A stretch of DNA of 64,000 nucleotides. Origin: Nitrospirae bacterium GWF2_44_13 (lineage in GTDB: Bacteria > Nitrospirota > Thermodesulfovibrionia > Thermodesulfovibrionales > UBA1546). Position numbers and translations under genes: made by a program. The stretch spans positions 294,024 through 358,023 of the forward strand of contig MHEE01000015.1 in the NCBI GenBank assembly GCA_001805105.1, given 5' to 3'. Every line of letters begins with the position of its first letter. Position 1 is the first letter of the stretch. The notes beneath the pieces were generated by a model. It saw only the letters and a program-made list of their open reading frames with translations. It was not told the origin of the DNA and did no database searches. Positions 9,476 through 19,785 of this stretch are shown here, one piece after another.

Positions 9476-9580
9476 TAATTTCTTATTATATTCTTTTAGC
9501 TAAAGATTGACAATAGGCGAATAATAAAAACCTTTCAGACTTGAAAAGACTTTGCACTCCACGTTAAAATCAAGGCAATC

Positions 9581-10459
9581 ATGAAAAAACTTATTGAAAA
9601 GGCAAACATACTCATTGAGGCTTTGCCGTATATCAGGAATTTTTCAGGCAAGACATTCGTCATCAAATACGGCGGCGCTGCCCAGACAGAAGAGCATTTA
9701 AAAGATTCATTCGCTCAGGACATAGCGCTCTTAAGTTTCATCGGAATCCATCCGGTGATTGTGCACGGCGGAGGGCCGAAGATAAGCGCAACAATGGAGA
9801 AGATGGGCAAGAAGCCAAAATTCATCCACGGCCAGCGCGTTACAGATAAAGAGACAATGGACATCGTTGAGATGGTCCTCGGCGGGCTTGTCAATAAAGA
9901 GATAGTCTCTCTGTTAAACAAGCACGGGGGCAAGGCCATAGGCTTGAGCGGAAAAGACGGTGGACTTATAAAGGCAAAGAAAAAACTTATGAAAATCTCG
10001 CAAAAGGCAGGGGTTGAGGAGCTGATTGACCTCGGGCTTGTAGGAGAGGTCACGGGCATAAACTCGCAGGCGCTTAAAAGCCTTGGAAAAGAGAGGTTTA
10101 TCCCTGTCATTTCTCCGATAGGCATTGGAGAACACGGCGAGACATTTAATATCAATGCGGACTATGTTGCATCTTCAATAGCGGCAAAGCTCAAGGCGGA
10201 AAAACTCATCCTCCTCACAGACGTGCCGGGCATTAAGAATAAAAAAGGGGATACAATCTCAACGCTTTCTCAAAAGCAGATAAAGAAACTTGTCTCTGAC
10301 AATGTAATTTCGGGGGGAATGCTTCCTAAAACTCAGGCATGCATGAAAGCGCTCGAGGCAGGCGTTGCCAAAACTCATATCATTGACGGGCGCATCTCGC
10401 ACTGCCTGCTGCTTGAGATATTCACAAAAGAAGGAATCGGAACAGAGATTGTAAAATAA
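9581..10459 (+). CDS. argB: Acetylglutamate kinase
   Basis: EALPYI, IKYGG, VHGGG, NINAD, GGMLPK. Confidence 0.96.
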   Translation: MKKLIEKANILIEALPYIRNFSGKTFVIKYGGAAQTEEHLKDSFAQDIALLSFIGIHPVIVHGGGPKISATMEKMGKKPKFIHGQRVTDKETMDIVEMVLGGLVNKEIVSLLNKHGGKAIGLSGKDGGLIKAKKKLMKISQKAGVEELIDLGLVGEVTGINSQALKSLGKERFIPVISPIGIGEHGETFNINADYVASSIAAKLKAEKLILLTDVPGIKNKKGDTISTLSQKQIKKLVSDNVISGGMLPKTQACMKALEAGVAKTHIIDGRISHCLLLEIFTKEGIGTEIVK

Positions 10460-10461
10460 TC

Positions 10462-11823
10462 ATGGCTAAAGCAAAAACATTTTATCAGTGCCAGGCGTGC
10501 GGATACGTGAGCCCTAAATGGCTCGGCAAATGTCCTGACTGCGGGGAATGGAATACCCTTGCTGAAGAGAAAAAAGAGACCAGGCAGGGAAGAAAATCAT
10601 CGGGAAGGTCTGAACCCCAGCCCCTGAATACAATCGTCAGCGGAAAAGAAAAACGCACAACAACAGGGATAAAGGAATTTGACAGGGTTCTGGGAGGCGG
10701 GGTCGTTGCAGGCTCTGTAATCCTTGTCGGCGGAGACCCCGGAATCGGAAAATCAACTGTCCTTATTCAGGCGCTCTCCGGCCTCTCAAAAAAATATGAA
10801 AGCGTGCTCTATGTATCAGGAGAGGAATCTCCTGAACAGATAAAACTGAGAGCGGAAAGGCTTTCCGTAGATTCCGGCAAGATAATGCTTCTTGCCGAAA
10901 CATCGCTTGAGAATATACTTGACACAGCCTCAGAACTAAAACCCGGCGCAATAGTAATTGATTCCATCCAGACAATGTACACAGAGGAAATATTGTCGGC
11001 CCCGGGGTCTGTAAGTCAGGTGCGGGAATGTGCGGCAAGGTTGATGTTCTTTGCAAAGAAATCGGCAATACCAGTTTTCCTTGTAGGTCATGTGACAAAA
11101 GAAGGCGCAATTGCAGGGCCGAGGGTTCTTGAACATATAGTTGACACTGTGCTTTACTTTGAAGGAGACAGAGGGCATTCTTACAGGATTTTAAGGACTG
11201 TTAAAAACCGCTTTGGTTCAACAAATGAGATAGGCGTGTTTGAGATGACGGATTCAGGGCTTTCGGAGATTGAGAATCCATCTGAATTATTCCTCTCGGA
11301 AAGGCCGCTTAATGTCTCAGGCTCGACAGTTGTTGCAAGCATGGAAGGGACCAGGCCGCTGATGGTGGAGATTCAGGCTCTGGCCTCGCCGACAACATTC
11401 GGAATGCCGAGAAGGACAAGCATCGGAGTTGATTTCAACAGGGTTAATCTTCTGACTGCAGTACTTGAGAAAAAGGCAGGGCTCCATCTCAGTGGGATGG
11501 ATATATTTATAAACGTAGTCGGCGGGCTCAAAATAATTGAACCTGCTATTGACCTTGGAATTATAATGACGATTGCATCATCGCTGAGGGACATCCCCAT
11601 TGACCCTAAGATATTTATGTTCGGCGAGGTGGGCCTTTCAGGCGAAATACGCGCAGTTGCTTATGCGGAGCAGAGGATTAAGGAAGCCGCAAAGATAGGA
11701 TTCAAAAAAGCGCTCATGTCCAGAACAAACAGCGAAAGGCTGACGGCAGTTGAGCCTTTCGGGCTTGAGATAATGGGAGCGGGAAATGTTGAAGAGGCGC
11801 TTGAGGCAGTGCTCGGAATCTAA
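10462..11823 (+). CDS. radA: DNA repair protein RadA/Sms
   Basis: N-terminal C4 Zn finger, GDPGIGKST, KNRFG. Confidence 0.97.
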   Translation: MAKAKTFYQCQACGYVSPKWLGKCPDCGEWNTLAEEKKETRQGRKSSGRSEPQPLNTIVSGKEKRTTTGIKEFDRVLGGGVVAGSVILVGGDPGIGKSTVLIQALSGLSKKYESVLYVSGEESPEQIKLRAERLSVDSGKIMLLAETSLENILDTASELKPGAIVIDSIQTMYTEEILSAPGSVSQVRECAARLMFFAKKSAIPVFLVGHVTKEGAIAGPRVLEHIVDTVLYFEGDRGHSYRILRTVKNRFGSTNEIGVFEMTDSGLSEIENPSELFLSERPLNVSGSTVVASMEGTRPLMVEIQALASPTTFGMPRRTSIGVDFNRVNLLTAVLEKKAGLHLSGMDIFINVVGGLKIIEPAIDLGIIMTIASSLRDIPIDPKIFMFGEVGLSGEIRAVAYAEQRIKEAAKIGFKKALMSRTNSERLTAVEPFGLEIMGAGNVEEALEAVLGI

Positions 11824-11936
11824 GATGCAAGATACAGGATACAGGATACAGGATAAAAAAAATCATGCATCATGCATCATGCATCATACATCTGTATTTA
11901 CCCGATTCACCGATTCACCGATTCACCGATTCACCC
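11822..11936 (+). repeat. Family A copy 2 followed by family B octamers (in lipoprotein N-terminus)
   Basis: AAGATG-CAAGATA-(CAGGATA)3-A-tract-(CATCATG)n, then (GATTCACC)4. Confidence 0.9.
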
Positions 11937-12562
11937 TTCTGCTCTTCTGCGCTTCTGTTCTCCTGCTTTTATCTTCCTGCACTGCAAAGAGAGTTGAACT
12001 GCCTGATTACGAAGGCGTTGATGTAAGAACAGTTATCACCGAGCGCAAGAGCATAAAAGGCGTTAACGCAACTTTTCATGTTGAGTTTGAGAAGACTGAC
12101 AGCACAATGACAGGAGACGCTGCGCTCACGCTTACAGAGAAAGCCCTCGAGCTGAGGATATACTCTATGGGATTTCTCATGGCAGAAATAAAAGAGACAG
12201 ATGGGATAATAAAAAGCAATCCTCCCTCTGACAGGAATAAAAACATAATACTGGCAGAAGGTTTAAGAAGCAGTATATTGTGGTGGCTGATAAAAGACTA
12301 TGATGTTGAAGAGCAAAACAATAGTTATCATATCAGGAATTCAAGCCGGAAGATTGTCATTGATAAAAAAACCATGCTCCCTGTATCCCAGACGATAGAA
12401 CTTGAGAATGGAAAAGAACTCCGCATTTCTTACGGGGAACCTGCAAACAGCAATGGATTCTGGTATCCCTCAAGAATGAAGATAGAACTGTCAAAGTATG
12501 TTGTGAAACTGAAGATTAAGAGTATCTCCTTTATTCCTCACTCAGCCCAAGGTCCACAGTAA
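11825..12562 (+). CDS. Predicted outer-membrane lipoprotein (possibly LolB/DUF4292-like)
   Basis: Hydrophobic stretch and LSSC lipobox, beta-rich body; start moved to ATG 11825 just after the radA stop. Confidence 0.6.
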   Translation: MQDTGYRIQDKKNHASCIMHHTSVFTRFTDSPIHRFTLLLFCASVLLLLSSCTAKRVELPDYEGVDVRTVITERKSIKGVNATFHVEFEKTDSTMTGDAALTLTEKALELRIYSMGFLMAEIKETDGIIKSNPPSDRNKNIILAEGLRSSILWWLIKDYDVEEQNNSYHIRNSSRKIVIDKKTMLPVSQTIELENGKELRISYGEPANSNGFWYPSRMKIELSKYVVKLKIKSISFIPHSAQGPQ

Positions 12563-13349
12563 CAGCCTTGATAATCGCTTCATCTATGATATTCGTCTTA
12601 AAGAGGAATCCGTCAAGAAGGGCATTGTCGCAGATTGTATTTATCAAACGCGGCACGCCGTTTGAATACTGATATATAGCCCGCATTGCATTTTCTGTGA
12701 ATGGATTTTTAGCAGAACCGGCAATATGCATCCTGTGAATTACATACTCCTTTGTACTCTCTTCAGAAAACGATTTCAGCCTCACCCTTATTGCAACCCT
12801 TTGTTTTAACGGCTCGTCAAGGGCAAGCACGCTGTCCAGTTCAGGCATGCCGACAAATATGAAATTCACCATCTTTCCTTCAGGCATCTCCATATTCAGC
12901 AGCCCCCTGAACTCCTCCATTATTTCCTTTGAGTTCAACATCTGCACCTCGTCAATGATAACAACCGCTGCCTTGCCCTGTTCGCCCAGTTCAAAAAGCC
13001 TCCTGTATATCTGGCTGAGGAGTTCTACCTTCTCTTCCTTCACATCCGTAACGCCCAGCTGTATGGCAAGTTTTTTCAGAAGCCAGTCAGCGCTTACCGC
13101 TGAATGAATCACAACAAGGAGAACCGCCTCATAAATATTCTCATCAAGCTCTTCAAGCAGCCTGCGCGCAAGCGTAGTCTTGCCGGCGCCTATGTCTCCT
13201 ATGACAACAGCCAGCCCTTTCTTTGTATCTATGGCATATTTCAGCCTTACAAGCGCCTCTGAATGCTGTGTGCCCTTATAGTAAAACCTGTTGTCAACAA
13301 CATTTGAAAACGGATGTTCTTTCAGCTTATAAAACTCAAGATAATCCAT
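12531..13349 (-). CDS. ExeA/GspA-family AAA ATPase
   Basis: YLEFY.L.E.PF, GDIGAGKTT, IIDEVQ, GVPRLINTICDNAL. Confidence 0.9.
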   Translation of the reverse strand: MDYLEFYKLKEHPFSNVVDNRFYYKGTQHSEALVRLKYAIDTKKGLAVVIGDIGAGKTTLARRLLEELDENIYEAVLLVVIHSAVSADWLLKKLAIQLGVTDVKEEKVELLSQIYRRLFELGEQGKAAVVIIDEVQMLNSKEIMEEFRGLLNMEMPEGKMVNFIFVGMPELDSVLALDEPLKQRVAIRVRLKSFSEESTKEYVIHRMHIAGSAKNPFTENAMRAIYQYSNGVPRLINTICDNALLDGFLFKTNIIDEAIIKAVTVDLGLSEE

Positions 13350-13352
13350 AGG

Positions 13353-15692
13353 TTACAGATAAGAAACTCTCTCCTTCTTTATTTTCTGTTTCTCGGTTAG
13401 TACCGGTTTTGACGCAGGTTTTGAGGCATGCACCTTCAGCAGGTTAATTTTTTCCGCAACATTTCTGAATTTTGAATTCCACCCGTATACTTCCGTATAG
13501 TATCTAAGCGCCTCTTTAAGATTTTCATTCTTCTCATAAGCCTCTGCAAGTTCGTATTTCACGCCCCAGTATGATTCGTCCTTCGTCCCCAGCTTTTCCA
13601 TTACACTGCTAAAAGAATCAATGGCGAGCGGATACAGCCCTTTTGCCATATAACACATCCCCATCATGCTTAGTGAAGAAATTAATCTTTCAGGGTCGTT
13701 CTTTGATGTCTGGAATTCCTTTATTGCATCGTCTATCAAGCCCATTTCTTTATATGCAATCCCGAGATTATAATGCGTCTCGAAATCCTCAGTCCCTATT
13801 TCCTTTTCAAGGCCTTTCTTGAACTCTTCAAATATGCCGAGGACATCGCTTTCAAGATTAAATTCAGGAGCTGTTTCTGCCTCGAGAATATCTGAAATCA
13901 CAAACTCTTCTGTCGGGGTTTCAATTTTTGACGGCCTTTCAATAACTGTCCCGGCAGGCTTCTCAACCTCTTCTGCCGGTTTCTCTTCTATTCTGACTTC
14001 TTCCGAGGCTTTAGTCTCAATCAGCGAAAGCTTTTCTCGTATCTCATTGTTATCAGGAAATAATTCAAGAAGTTTCTGATACGCTGCCTTAGCATCCTCA
14101 TACAACCCCTGCCTCAAATAAAACTCTGCCTCTGCCTCTGCCTCACCGTAATCCTCTGCGCCCGGAGCAGACACTCCTCTATGGGCAACAAATTCTTCAG
14201 ACGGCTGACCCGGCAGCCTCTCCAGCAATCTCGGATCCTCGGGATTTATTTCGTATGCCTCTTTAAGTATCCCTTCCCTCAACTCGATATTCCCGCTTTT
14301 ATTGTAAAGTTCAGCGAGAATAATGCACTCGTTCACGGCCTGTTCTTTGTCGCCTGTCTCTGAATATAAAGATTTAAGCTTTGCATGGACATCGGCATTT
14401 TCAGGTTCCTGTATTTTAAGGGACTCAAGCAGTGTCCTTGCTTCATCATACAGTCCGTATCTTAAAAATATATCCGCCTCCGCAAGGGACTCTTCAACTG
14501 ACTTCTTAGGTTCCGCGTATTCCTCGCCAAGTTCCCTTTTGACGTCGCTTATTTTCTCTTTTAACTCATTATCATCAGGATGTATCTCCAATGCTTCCTT
14601 ATAACACTCCAAGGCCTCCTTCAGCATTCTTTCTTCCGAGAAAATAAAAGCATCGCCTAAAGAAACAAGCTCCGCAAAAGCTGATTCATAATCGTTCTTC
14701 TGTTTATACAGCGCCACAAGTTTTTTTCTCGTCTCTACGGGTTCTGTATCTATGAACATTGTCAGAATATTTATGGCCTCATCAAGTTTCCCATCAAAGA
14801 TTATCTCGTCTATAATCACCTTGTACTCTTCCCATGCCTTTTGCTTATCCCCGCTCTCCGCATACATCTCACCGAGAAGTTTCCGCGCCGAAGCATTTGA
14901 AGGTTCTATTTCAATAATCTTTGATATGTATTGCATTGCTTCTGAAAAAGACTTTGCCTTAACCAAAGATTCTGCATATTTCAAGATTAATTCGGTATTT
15001 GACGGAGCAAGTTCAACCGCCTTCTTCAGATATTCCTGAGCCTGCCTTGGATTGCCTGTTTTCTCGTATATCGAACTCAGCCCAAGCAAAGCCTCATTAT
15101 TGTTGGGCTGGAGGTCCATGGATTTTTTATAATACATTCCTGCATTGTTGACATCATCCTTTTCGTCATATAACCTCGCTATATGCAGGTACTCTTTGGC
15201 GGCCTCAATCTGGAGCCCTTCTTTTTTGAAAATTTCCGCCACCTTATTCCTCAAAGGGATGTTAGACGGAGAGAGGCTCAGTATCTTGTCATACGCCTTT
15301 AATAATTCATCCTTCTTTCCTTCTTTGGAAAGGATATCCGCGCTGGCAAGATAATACTTTATGGCATCGGTTGCCAGTCCTTTTTCCTCGCTTAACTCTC
15401 CGAGAGCATATAAGGCAGACGTGTTTGAAGTGTCAATATTTAATATCTTTTTGTAAAGCGCCAGCGCCTTCAGAGAAAAACCTTCATCCCTGAAGAAACG
15501 CGCCGCTTTATGAAATGACTCTATCGCAGGAGTCTTGTCGCCTTTTTTAAGATAGAGATCTCCGACAGTATTATAAGTATTTGCATCAGGAGATTCTTTT
15601 ATAAGTTTTTCCCATTCGGCAATTGCCTTATCTATCTGTCCCCTCGCAAGAAACTTCTGGGCTTCTTTTATTATCGCTGTTTTATCAGACAT
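13353..15692 (-). CDS. Large TPR-repeat protein (SgmX-like architecture)
   Basis: Many TPRs, acidic linker, C-terminal THYNLGIAYKEMGL.DDAI.EF TPR block. Confidence 0.75.
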   Translation of the reverse strand: MSDKTAIIKEAQKFLARGQIDKAIAEWEKLIKESPDANTYNTVGDLYLKKGDKTPAIESFHKAARFFRDEGFSLKALALYKKILNIDTSNTSALYALGELSEEKGLATDAIKYYLASADILSKEGKKDELLKAYDKILSLSPSNIPLRNKVAEIFKKEGLQIEAAKEYLHIARLYDEKDDVNNAGMYYKKSMDLQPNNNEALLGLSSIYEKTGNPRQAQEYLKKAVELAPSNTELILKYAESLVKAKSFSEAMQYISKIIEIEPSNASARKLLGEMYAESGDKQKAWEEYKVIIDEIIFDGKLDEAINILTMFIDTEPVETRKKLVALYKQKNDYESAFAELVSLGDAFIFSEERMLKEALECYKEALEIHPDDNELKEKISDVKRELGEEYAEPKKSVEESLAEADIFLRYGLYDEARTLLESLKIQEPENADVHAKLKSLYSETGDKEQAVNECIILAELYNKSGNIELREGILKEAYEINPEDPRLLERLPGQPSEEFVAHRGVSAPGAEDYGEAEAEAEFYLRQGLYEDAKAAYQKLLELFPDNNEIREKLSLIETKASEEVRIEEKPAEEVEKPAGTVIERPSKIETPTEEFVISDILEAETAPEFNLESDVLGIFEEFKKGLEKEIGTEDFETHYNLGIAYKEMGLIDDAIKEFQTSKNDPERLISSLSMMGMCYMAKGLYPLAIDSFSSVMEKLGTKDESYWGVKYELAEAYEKNENLKEALRYYTEVYGWNSKFRNVAEKINLLKVHASKPASKPVLTEKQKIKKERVSYL

Positions 15693-15851
15693 TTCCCTGT
15701 TTTAAAATTATCACATATTGACAGGGAGTGTCAATTAACAGGCCTTCTCATGCTGCCTCGATTAACCGCCTGAACCTTAATTCAAAAAGCAAATCCCGCT
15801 ATCATTTTAAGACGGCATTGCTATGCGGAGATACGCCTATCTGTAAAAATA

Positions 15852-15881
15852 TTGACAATTTACAGGCATTTCTATTATTAT
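15852..15881 (+). promoter_or_regulatory. Probable sigma70 promoter for rplM-rpsI-argC
   Basis: TTGACA (15852-57), 18-bp spacer, TATTAT (15876-81). Confidence 0.5.
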
Positions 15882-15952
15882 GTTTAACTCTATGTCCATG
15901 CGGACTGAACTTTAAGAAACTTGTTTTAAAGAATATTAATGGAAGGTGAGTA

Positions 15953-16390
15953 ATGAAAACCCGATTTGCTAAAAAAACCGATATTGAGTATAAGTGGTAT
16001 CTCGTAGATGCCAAAGACGCAGTCCTCGGAAGGCTTGCCGTAAAAATTGCTGTCTGCCTGCGCGGTAAAAACAAGGCTATATTTACCCCGAATGTAGACA
16101 CAGGTGATTTTGTAGTTGTCGTGAATGCCGAAAAGGTCAGGACAACAGGCAAAAAGCTTGACGATAAAATTTATTACCATCACTCGGGCTACCCCGGCGG
16201 CATAAAAGCCAAAACGCTCAGAGAACGTCTTTCCAAAGAACCCCAAAAGGTTATAAGTGACGCTGTCTGGGGAATGCTTCCTAAAAACAGGCTCGGAAGG
16301 GCAATGCTCAAAAAGCTCAAGGTATATAAAGGAAGCGAACATCCACACGTTGCACAGAAACCTGAAATCTTACAATATAAGGAGTTTTAA
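15953..16390 (+). CDS. rplM: 50S ribosomal protein L13
   Basis: W.LVDA...[29 protein letters not shown]. Confidence 0.98.
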   Translation: MKTRFAKKTDIEYKWYLVDAKDAVLGRLAVKIAVCLRGKNKAIFTPNVDTGDFVVVVNAEKVRTTGKKLDDKIYYHHSGYPGGIKAKTLRERLSKEPQKVISDAVWGMLPKNRLGRAMLKKLKVYKGSEHPHVAQKPEILQYKEF

Positions 16391-16783
16391 ATGGCTGAAA
16401 TAAAACATAATGCTACAGGACGCAGAAAGTCCTCTATTGCAAGTGTGAGCATGTCCCCCGGCAACGGCCGTATAGTTGTAAATGAAAAACCTCTTGACTC
16501 GTATTTCGCCCGCGAGACACTGCAGATGATGATAAGACAGCCCCTTGAGCTGACAGGGATGTCAGGCAAATACAATATAACCGCGAAAGTTGTGGGCGGC
16601 GGCCTTTCAGGACAGGCAGGAGCGCTCAGGCACGGGATTTCACGGGCAATACTCTCAATAGACAACGACCTCAGGCTGAAACTTAAGAAAGAAGGCTTCT
16701 TAACGCGAGACCCCAGAGAAACAGAGAGAAAGAAATACGGGCAAAAGGGCGCAAGAAAGAGATTCCAGTTCTCAAAGAGATAA
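16391..16783 (+). CDS. rpsI: 30S ribosomal protein S9
   Basis: [31 protein letters not shown]. Confidence 0.98.
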   Translation: MAEIKHNATGRRKSSIASVSMSPGNGRIVVNEKPLDSYFARETLQMMIRQPLELTGMSGKYNITAKVVGGGLSGQAGALRHGISRAILSIDNDLRLKLKKEGFLTRDPRETERKKYGQKGARKRFQFSKR

Positions 16784-16793
16784 TTAAGTAAAT

Positions 16794-17834
16794 ATGCTAA
16801 AAGCGGCTATTTGCGGAGGCAGCGGTTATACAGGAGGCGAACTTATCCGCCTTCTTTCAAACCATCCCATTGTCAAAATAACCGCCGTAACCTCAGAAAA
16901 ATCATCAGGCAAAACCGTAAGCGATTTATTCCCCCATCTTAGCAATCACTCAAATCTGACATACGAACCATTAGACAGAGAAAAACTTCTGAAAAAGGCT
17001 GCCATCTTTTTTCTGGCATTGCCTCATGCCGCCTCGCAGAGCGCAGTGGATTTTTTCTTCAGGCACGGGAAAAAAGTTATTGACCTCTCCGCTGATTACA
17101 GGCTAAGGTCTGCTAAAATATACGAGGAGTGGTATAAGACTCCGCACAAATTTCACGGGACACTGAAAAGGGCCGTGTATGGACTGCCTGAACTGTACAG
17201 GGCGAAAATTGCGAAATCATCCCTCATAGCAAACCCCGGCTGTTATCCGACAGGCGCAATCCTCGGACTTTATCCTGCTATGAAGGCCCATCTCATAGAT
17301 GTAGATTCTATCGTTATAGATTCAACATCAGGGACAACGGGCGCGGGGAGAAACGCTGATGCCGCATTCTCATTCTGTGAGATCAATGAAGGATTCAAGG
17401 CTTACTCAGTTGCATCACACAGGCACACTCCTGAGATAGAGCAGGAACTCTCTGCCATAGCTCATAAAGCTTTAAAGGTTAATTTTACCCCTCATCTTGC
17501 GCCTTACGACAGGGGGATACTCACAACCATCTACGCAAGATTAAAAAAGAAGGCTGATACAAGAGCAGTTCTTGATGCTTACAAAAAGGTTTTTGCAAAA
17601 GAGCCGTTTATAAGGGTGCTTGCTGAAGGCAAATTCCCAAATGTAAAAAATGTTCGGGGCACAAACCTCTGCGACATCGGGCTTGCTGTAAACAAACGGA
17701 CCAATACCCTCATAATTGTCACTGCGATTGACAACTTAATGAAAGGCGCCTCAGGGCAGGCAGTGCACAACATGAATATCATGATGGGGTTTAAGGAAAC
17801 CGAAGGCCTGAAAAACATAGCCCTATCCCCTTAA
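16794..17834 (+). CDS. argC: N-acetyl-gamma-glutamyl-phosphate reductase
   Basis: GYTGGEL, DLSADYRL, ANPGCYPT, DNL.KGASGQA. Confidence 0.97.
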   Translation: MLKAAICGGSGYTGGELIRLLSNHPIVKITAVTSEKSSGKTVSDLFPHLSNHSNLTYEPLDREKLLKKAAIFFLALPHAASQSAVDFFFRHGKKVIDLSADYRLRSAKIYEEWYKTPHKFHGTLKRAVYGLPELYRAKIAKSSLIANPGCYPTGAILGLYPAMKAHLIDVDSIVIDSTSGTTGAGRNADAAFSFCEINEGFKAYSVASHRHTPEIEQELSAIAHKALKVNFTPHLAPYDRGILTTIYARLKKKADTRAVLDAYKKVFAKEPFIRVLAEGKFPNVKNVRGTNLCDIGLAVNKRTNTLIIVTAIDNLMKGASGQAVHNMNIMMGFKETEGLKNIALSP

Positions 17835-17927
17835 GAACCTTCTCAGATTCCTGCCAAAGCAACTAAGTGCAGTCATTGCACATCAGGCCTTAAAGTGATA
17901 TAAATAAAGATAAGACAGGAGGCTGAT

Positions 17928-18932
17928 ATGTCAAAAAAAATAATGATATTCATACTTGCGATGATTTTTATCATTCCGGCAAACAGCGTTGCGATTGAGC
18001 GAAGCGAGCAGATAACCGTGTTTAAAAAAAGGTTAAAGGAAATTATCCAACAAGGCATCTTGCCCATAATTGACGTGGAATATCATCACGGTGGAAAAAT
18101 AGAAAATGAGAGGCTCATCAGCAGAATGGATGATAACGGCGTGGCGCTGACATGGCTTGGGCCAAATGAAAAACTCGGGAGCGGGGAATCAATAAGGCTT
18201 TATAAATTATATCCCGACAGGTTTGTGCCTACAACTGTTCATGGCGACGGAAAACTCTGGCACAGCAGCGATAAAGGTTTTCTTGAAAAACTGGCGAAAG
18301 ATGCTAAGTCAGGCAAATATTTTGCAATGGGCGAGTTTGAAGCAAGACACTATCAATCAAGCACCAATAACAGGAATGTGCATATGCCTGTTGACTCCGA
18401 AGCCATGCAGGTGGTTTTTGCGTTGTCAAGCGAGACTGGAATGCCGTTTCTGCTTCATCATGAGGCAGAAGACAAACTCCTTCCGGAACTGGAGAGAATG
18501 CTTGTTAAATATCCGAAGGCAAAGGTGATATGGTGCCATGTAGGAAGAAACCGGAATCCTGCCACTTGGAAACAATTCACGAAAGCCGACGGCGTGCGTG
18601 CCTTAATCAAAAAATACCCGAATCTTTATTTTGATCTGGTGCAGTCAAAACCCGGCTCCAAGTATCATGGGACGGGTTATGTTGATGCGATTATGTACGA
18701 GATTTCAAACTGGGGAATTGCCCTTGACCCTGAATGGAAAAAATTATTTGAGGAATTCCCTGACAGGTTCGTTATCGGTTCCGATATCAACACAGGCCGT
18801 TTTGATAATTATGACAGAGTGATGGATACCTTCAGAACCATTGTTTTCAAAGATTTAACCAAAGCTGCCGCTGAAAAAATAGCATTCAAGAATGCATGGA
18901 AATTAATGACAGGAAGGGAATGGGAAGATTAA
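17928..18932 (+). CDS. Secreted amidohydrolase-family (TIM barrel) metalloprotein
   Basis: Signal peptide, MGE, LLHHE, IWCH, PDRFVIGSD, KIAFKNA. Confidence 0.75.
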   Translation: MSKKIMIFILAMIFIIPANSVAIERSEQITVFKKRLKEIIQQGILPIIDVEYHHGGKIENERLISRMDDNGVALTWLGPNEKLGSGESIRLYKLYPDRFVPTTVHGDGKLWHSSDKGFLEKLAKDAKSGKYFAMGEFEARHYQSSTNNRNVHMPVDSEAMQVVFALSSETGMPFLLHHEAEDKLLPELERMLVKYPKAKVIWCHVGRNRNPATWKQFTKADGVRALIKKYPNLYFDLVQSKPGSKYHGTGYVDAIMYEISNWGIALDPEWKKLFEEFPDRFVIGSDINTGRFDNYDRVMDTFRTIVFKDLTKAAAEKIAFKNAWKLMTGREWED

Positions 18933-18939
18933 TTACAGG

Positions 18940-19782
18940 TTACCTCACTATTTTCATGCTTATATCAACCGCTGTTGCTGAATGAGTTAAGGCGCCTATT
19001 GAAATTAAATCCACGCCGGTATCTGCAACCTCTCTGACGTTCTCAAGGCTGACATTCCCTGACGCCTCAAGGATTATATCTTTTTTGATATTGCGAACAA
19101 TCTTTACAGCCTCTTTCATATCAGGGATAGACATATTGTCAAGCATAACGATGTCGGCGCCGCCTTCTACAGCCTCTTTCAGGTCCTTGAGGTTTTCCAC
19201 TTCCACCTCAATCTTCGCGAGATGATGCGCTTCACTTGCCAGACGCAGCGCCTCTGTTATGCTTCCTACAGCCTCAATATGGTTGTCCTTTATCAGTATG
19301 CCGTCAAAAAGCCCGAACCTGTGATTGTTCCCTCCCCCGACCCTCACAGCATATTTTTCCATGAACCTGAGGCCCGGTGTTGTCTTCCTCGTATCCACAA
19401 TCTTTGCATGCAGCCCTCTTACTTTTTCAACAAACATATTTGTAAGCGTTGCTATGCCTGAAAGGCGCTGAAACAGATTAAGGCTGACCCTTTCTCCCGA
19501 TAGCAGAACCTTTGTGCTTCCCGAGACCTCAGCGATAACATCTCCTTTCATGACCTTGGCGCCGTCATTGATAAAAACATTAAATCTCACTTCCCGGTCG
19601 AAAAAGCTAAAAACTTCTTTTATGAAAGGGATACCGGCAACAACAAAATTACCTTTTGCTATTATTAATGCCCTTGATTCGCTGTCTTCCGGTATAAGAA
19701 AAGCAGTCGTTATATCGCCGTTTCCTATATCCTCTTCAAGCGCTATGCGGATTATTTCTCTGACGCTGTGTGGTATCTTCAT
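18940..19782 (-). CDS. nadC: Quinolinate phosphoribosyltransferase
   Basis: DTRKTTPG, HRFGL.D, IKDNH, EVEV, MLDN. Confidence 0.97.
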   Translation of the reverse strand: MKIPHSVREIIRIALEEDIGNGDITTAFLIPEDSESRALIIAKGNFVVAGIPFIKEVFSFFDREVRFNVFINDGAKVMKGDVIAEVSGSTKVLLSGERVSLNLFQRLSGIATLTNMFVEKVRGLHAKIVDTRKTTPGLRFMEKYAVRVGGGNNHRFGLFDGILIKDNHIEAVGSITEALRLASEAHHLAKIEVEVENLKDLKEAVEGGADIVMLDNMSIPDMKEAVKIVRNIKKDIILEASGNVSLENVREVADTGVDLISIGALTHSATAVDISMKIVR

Positions 19783-19785
19783 ATC

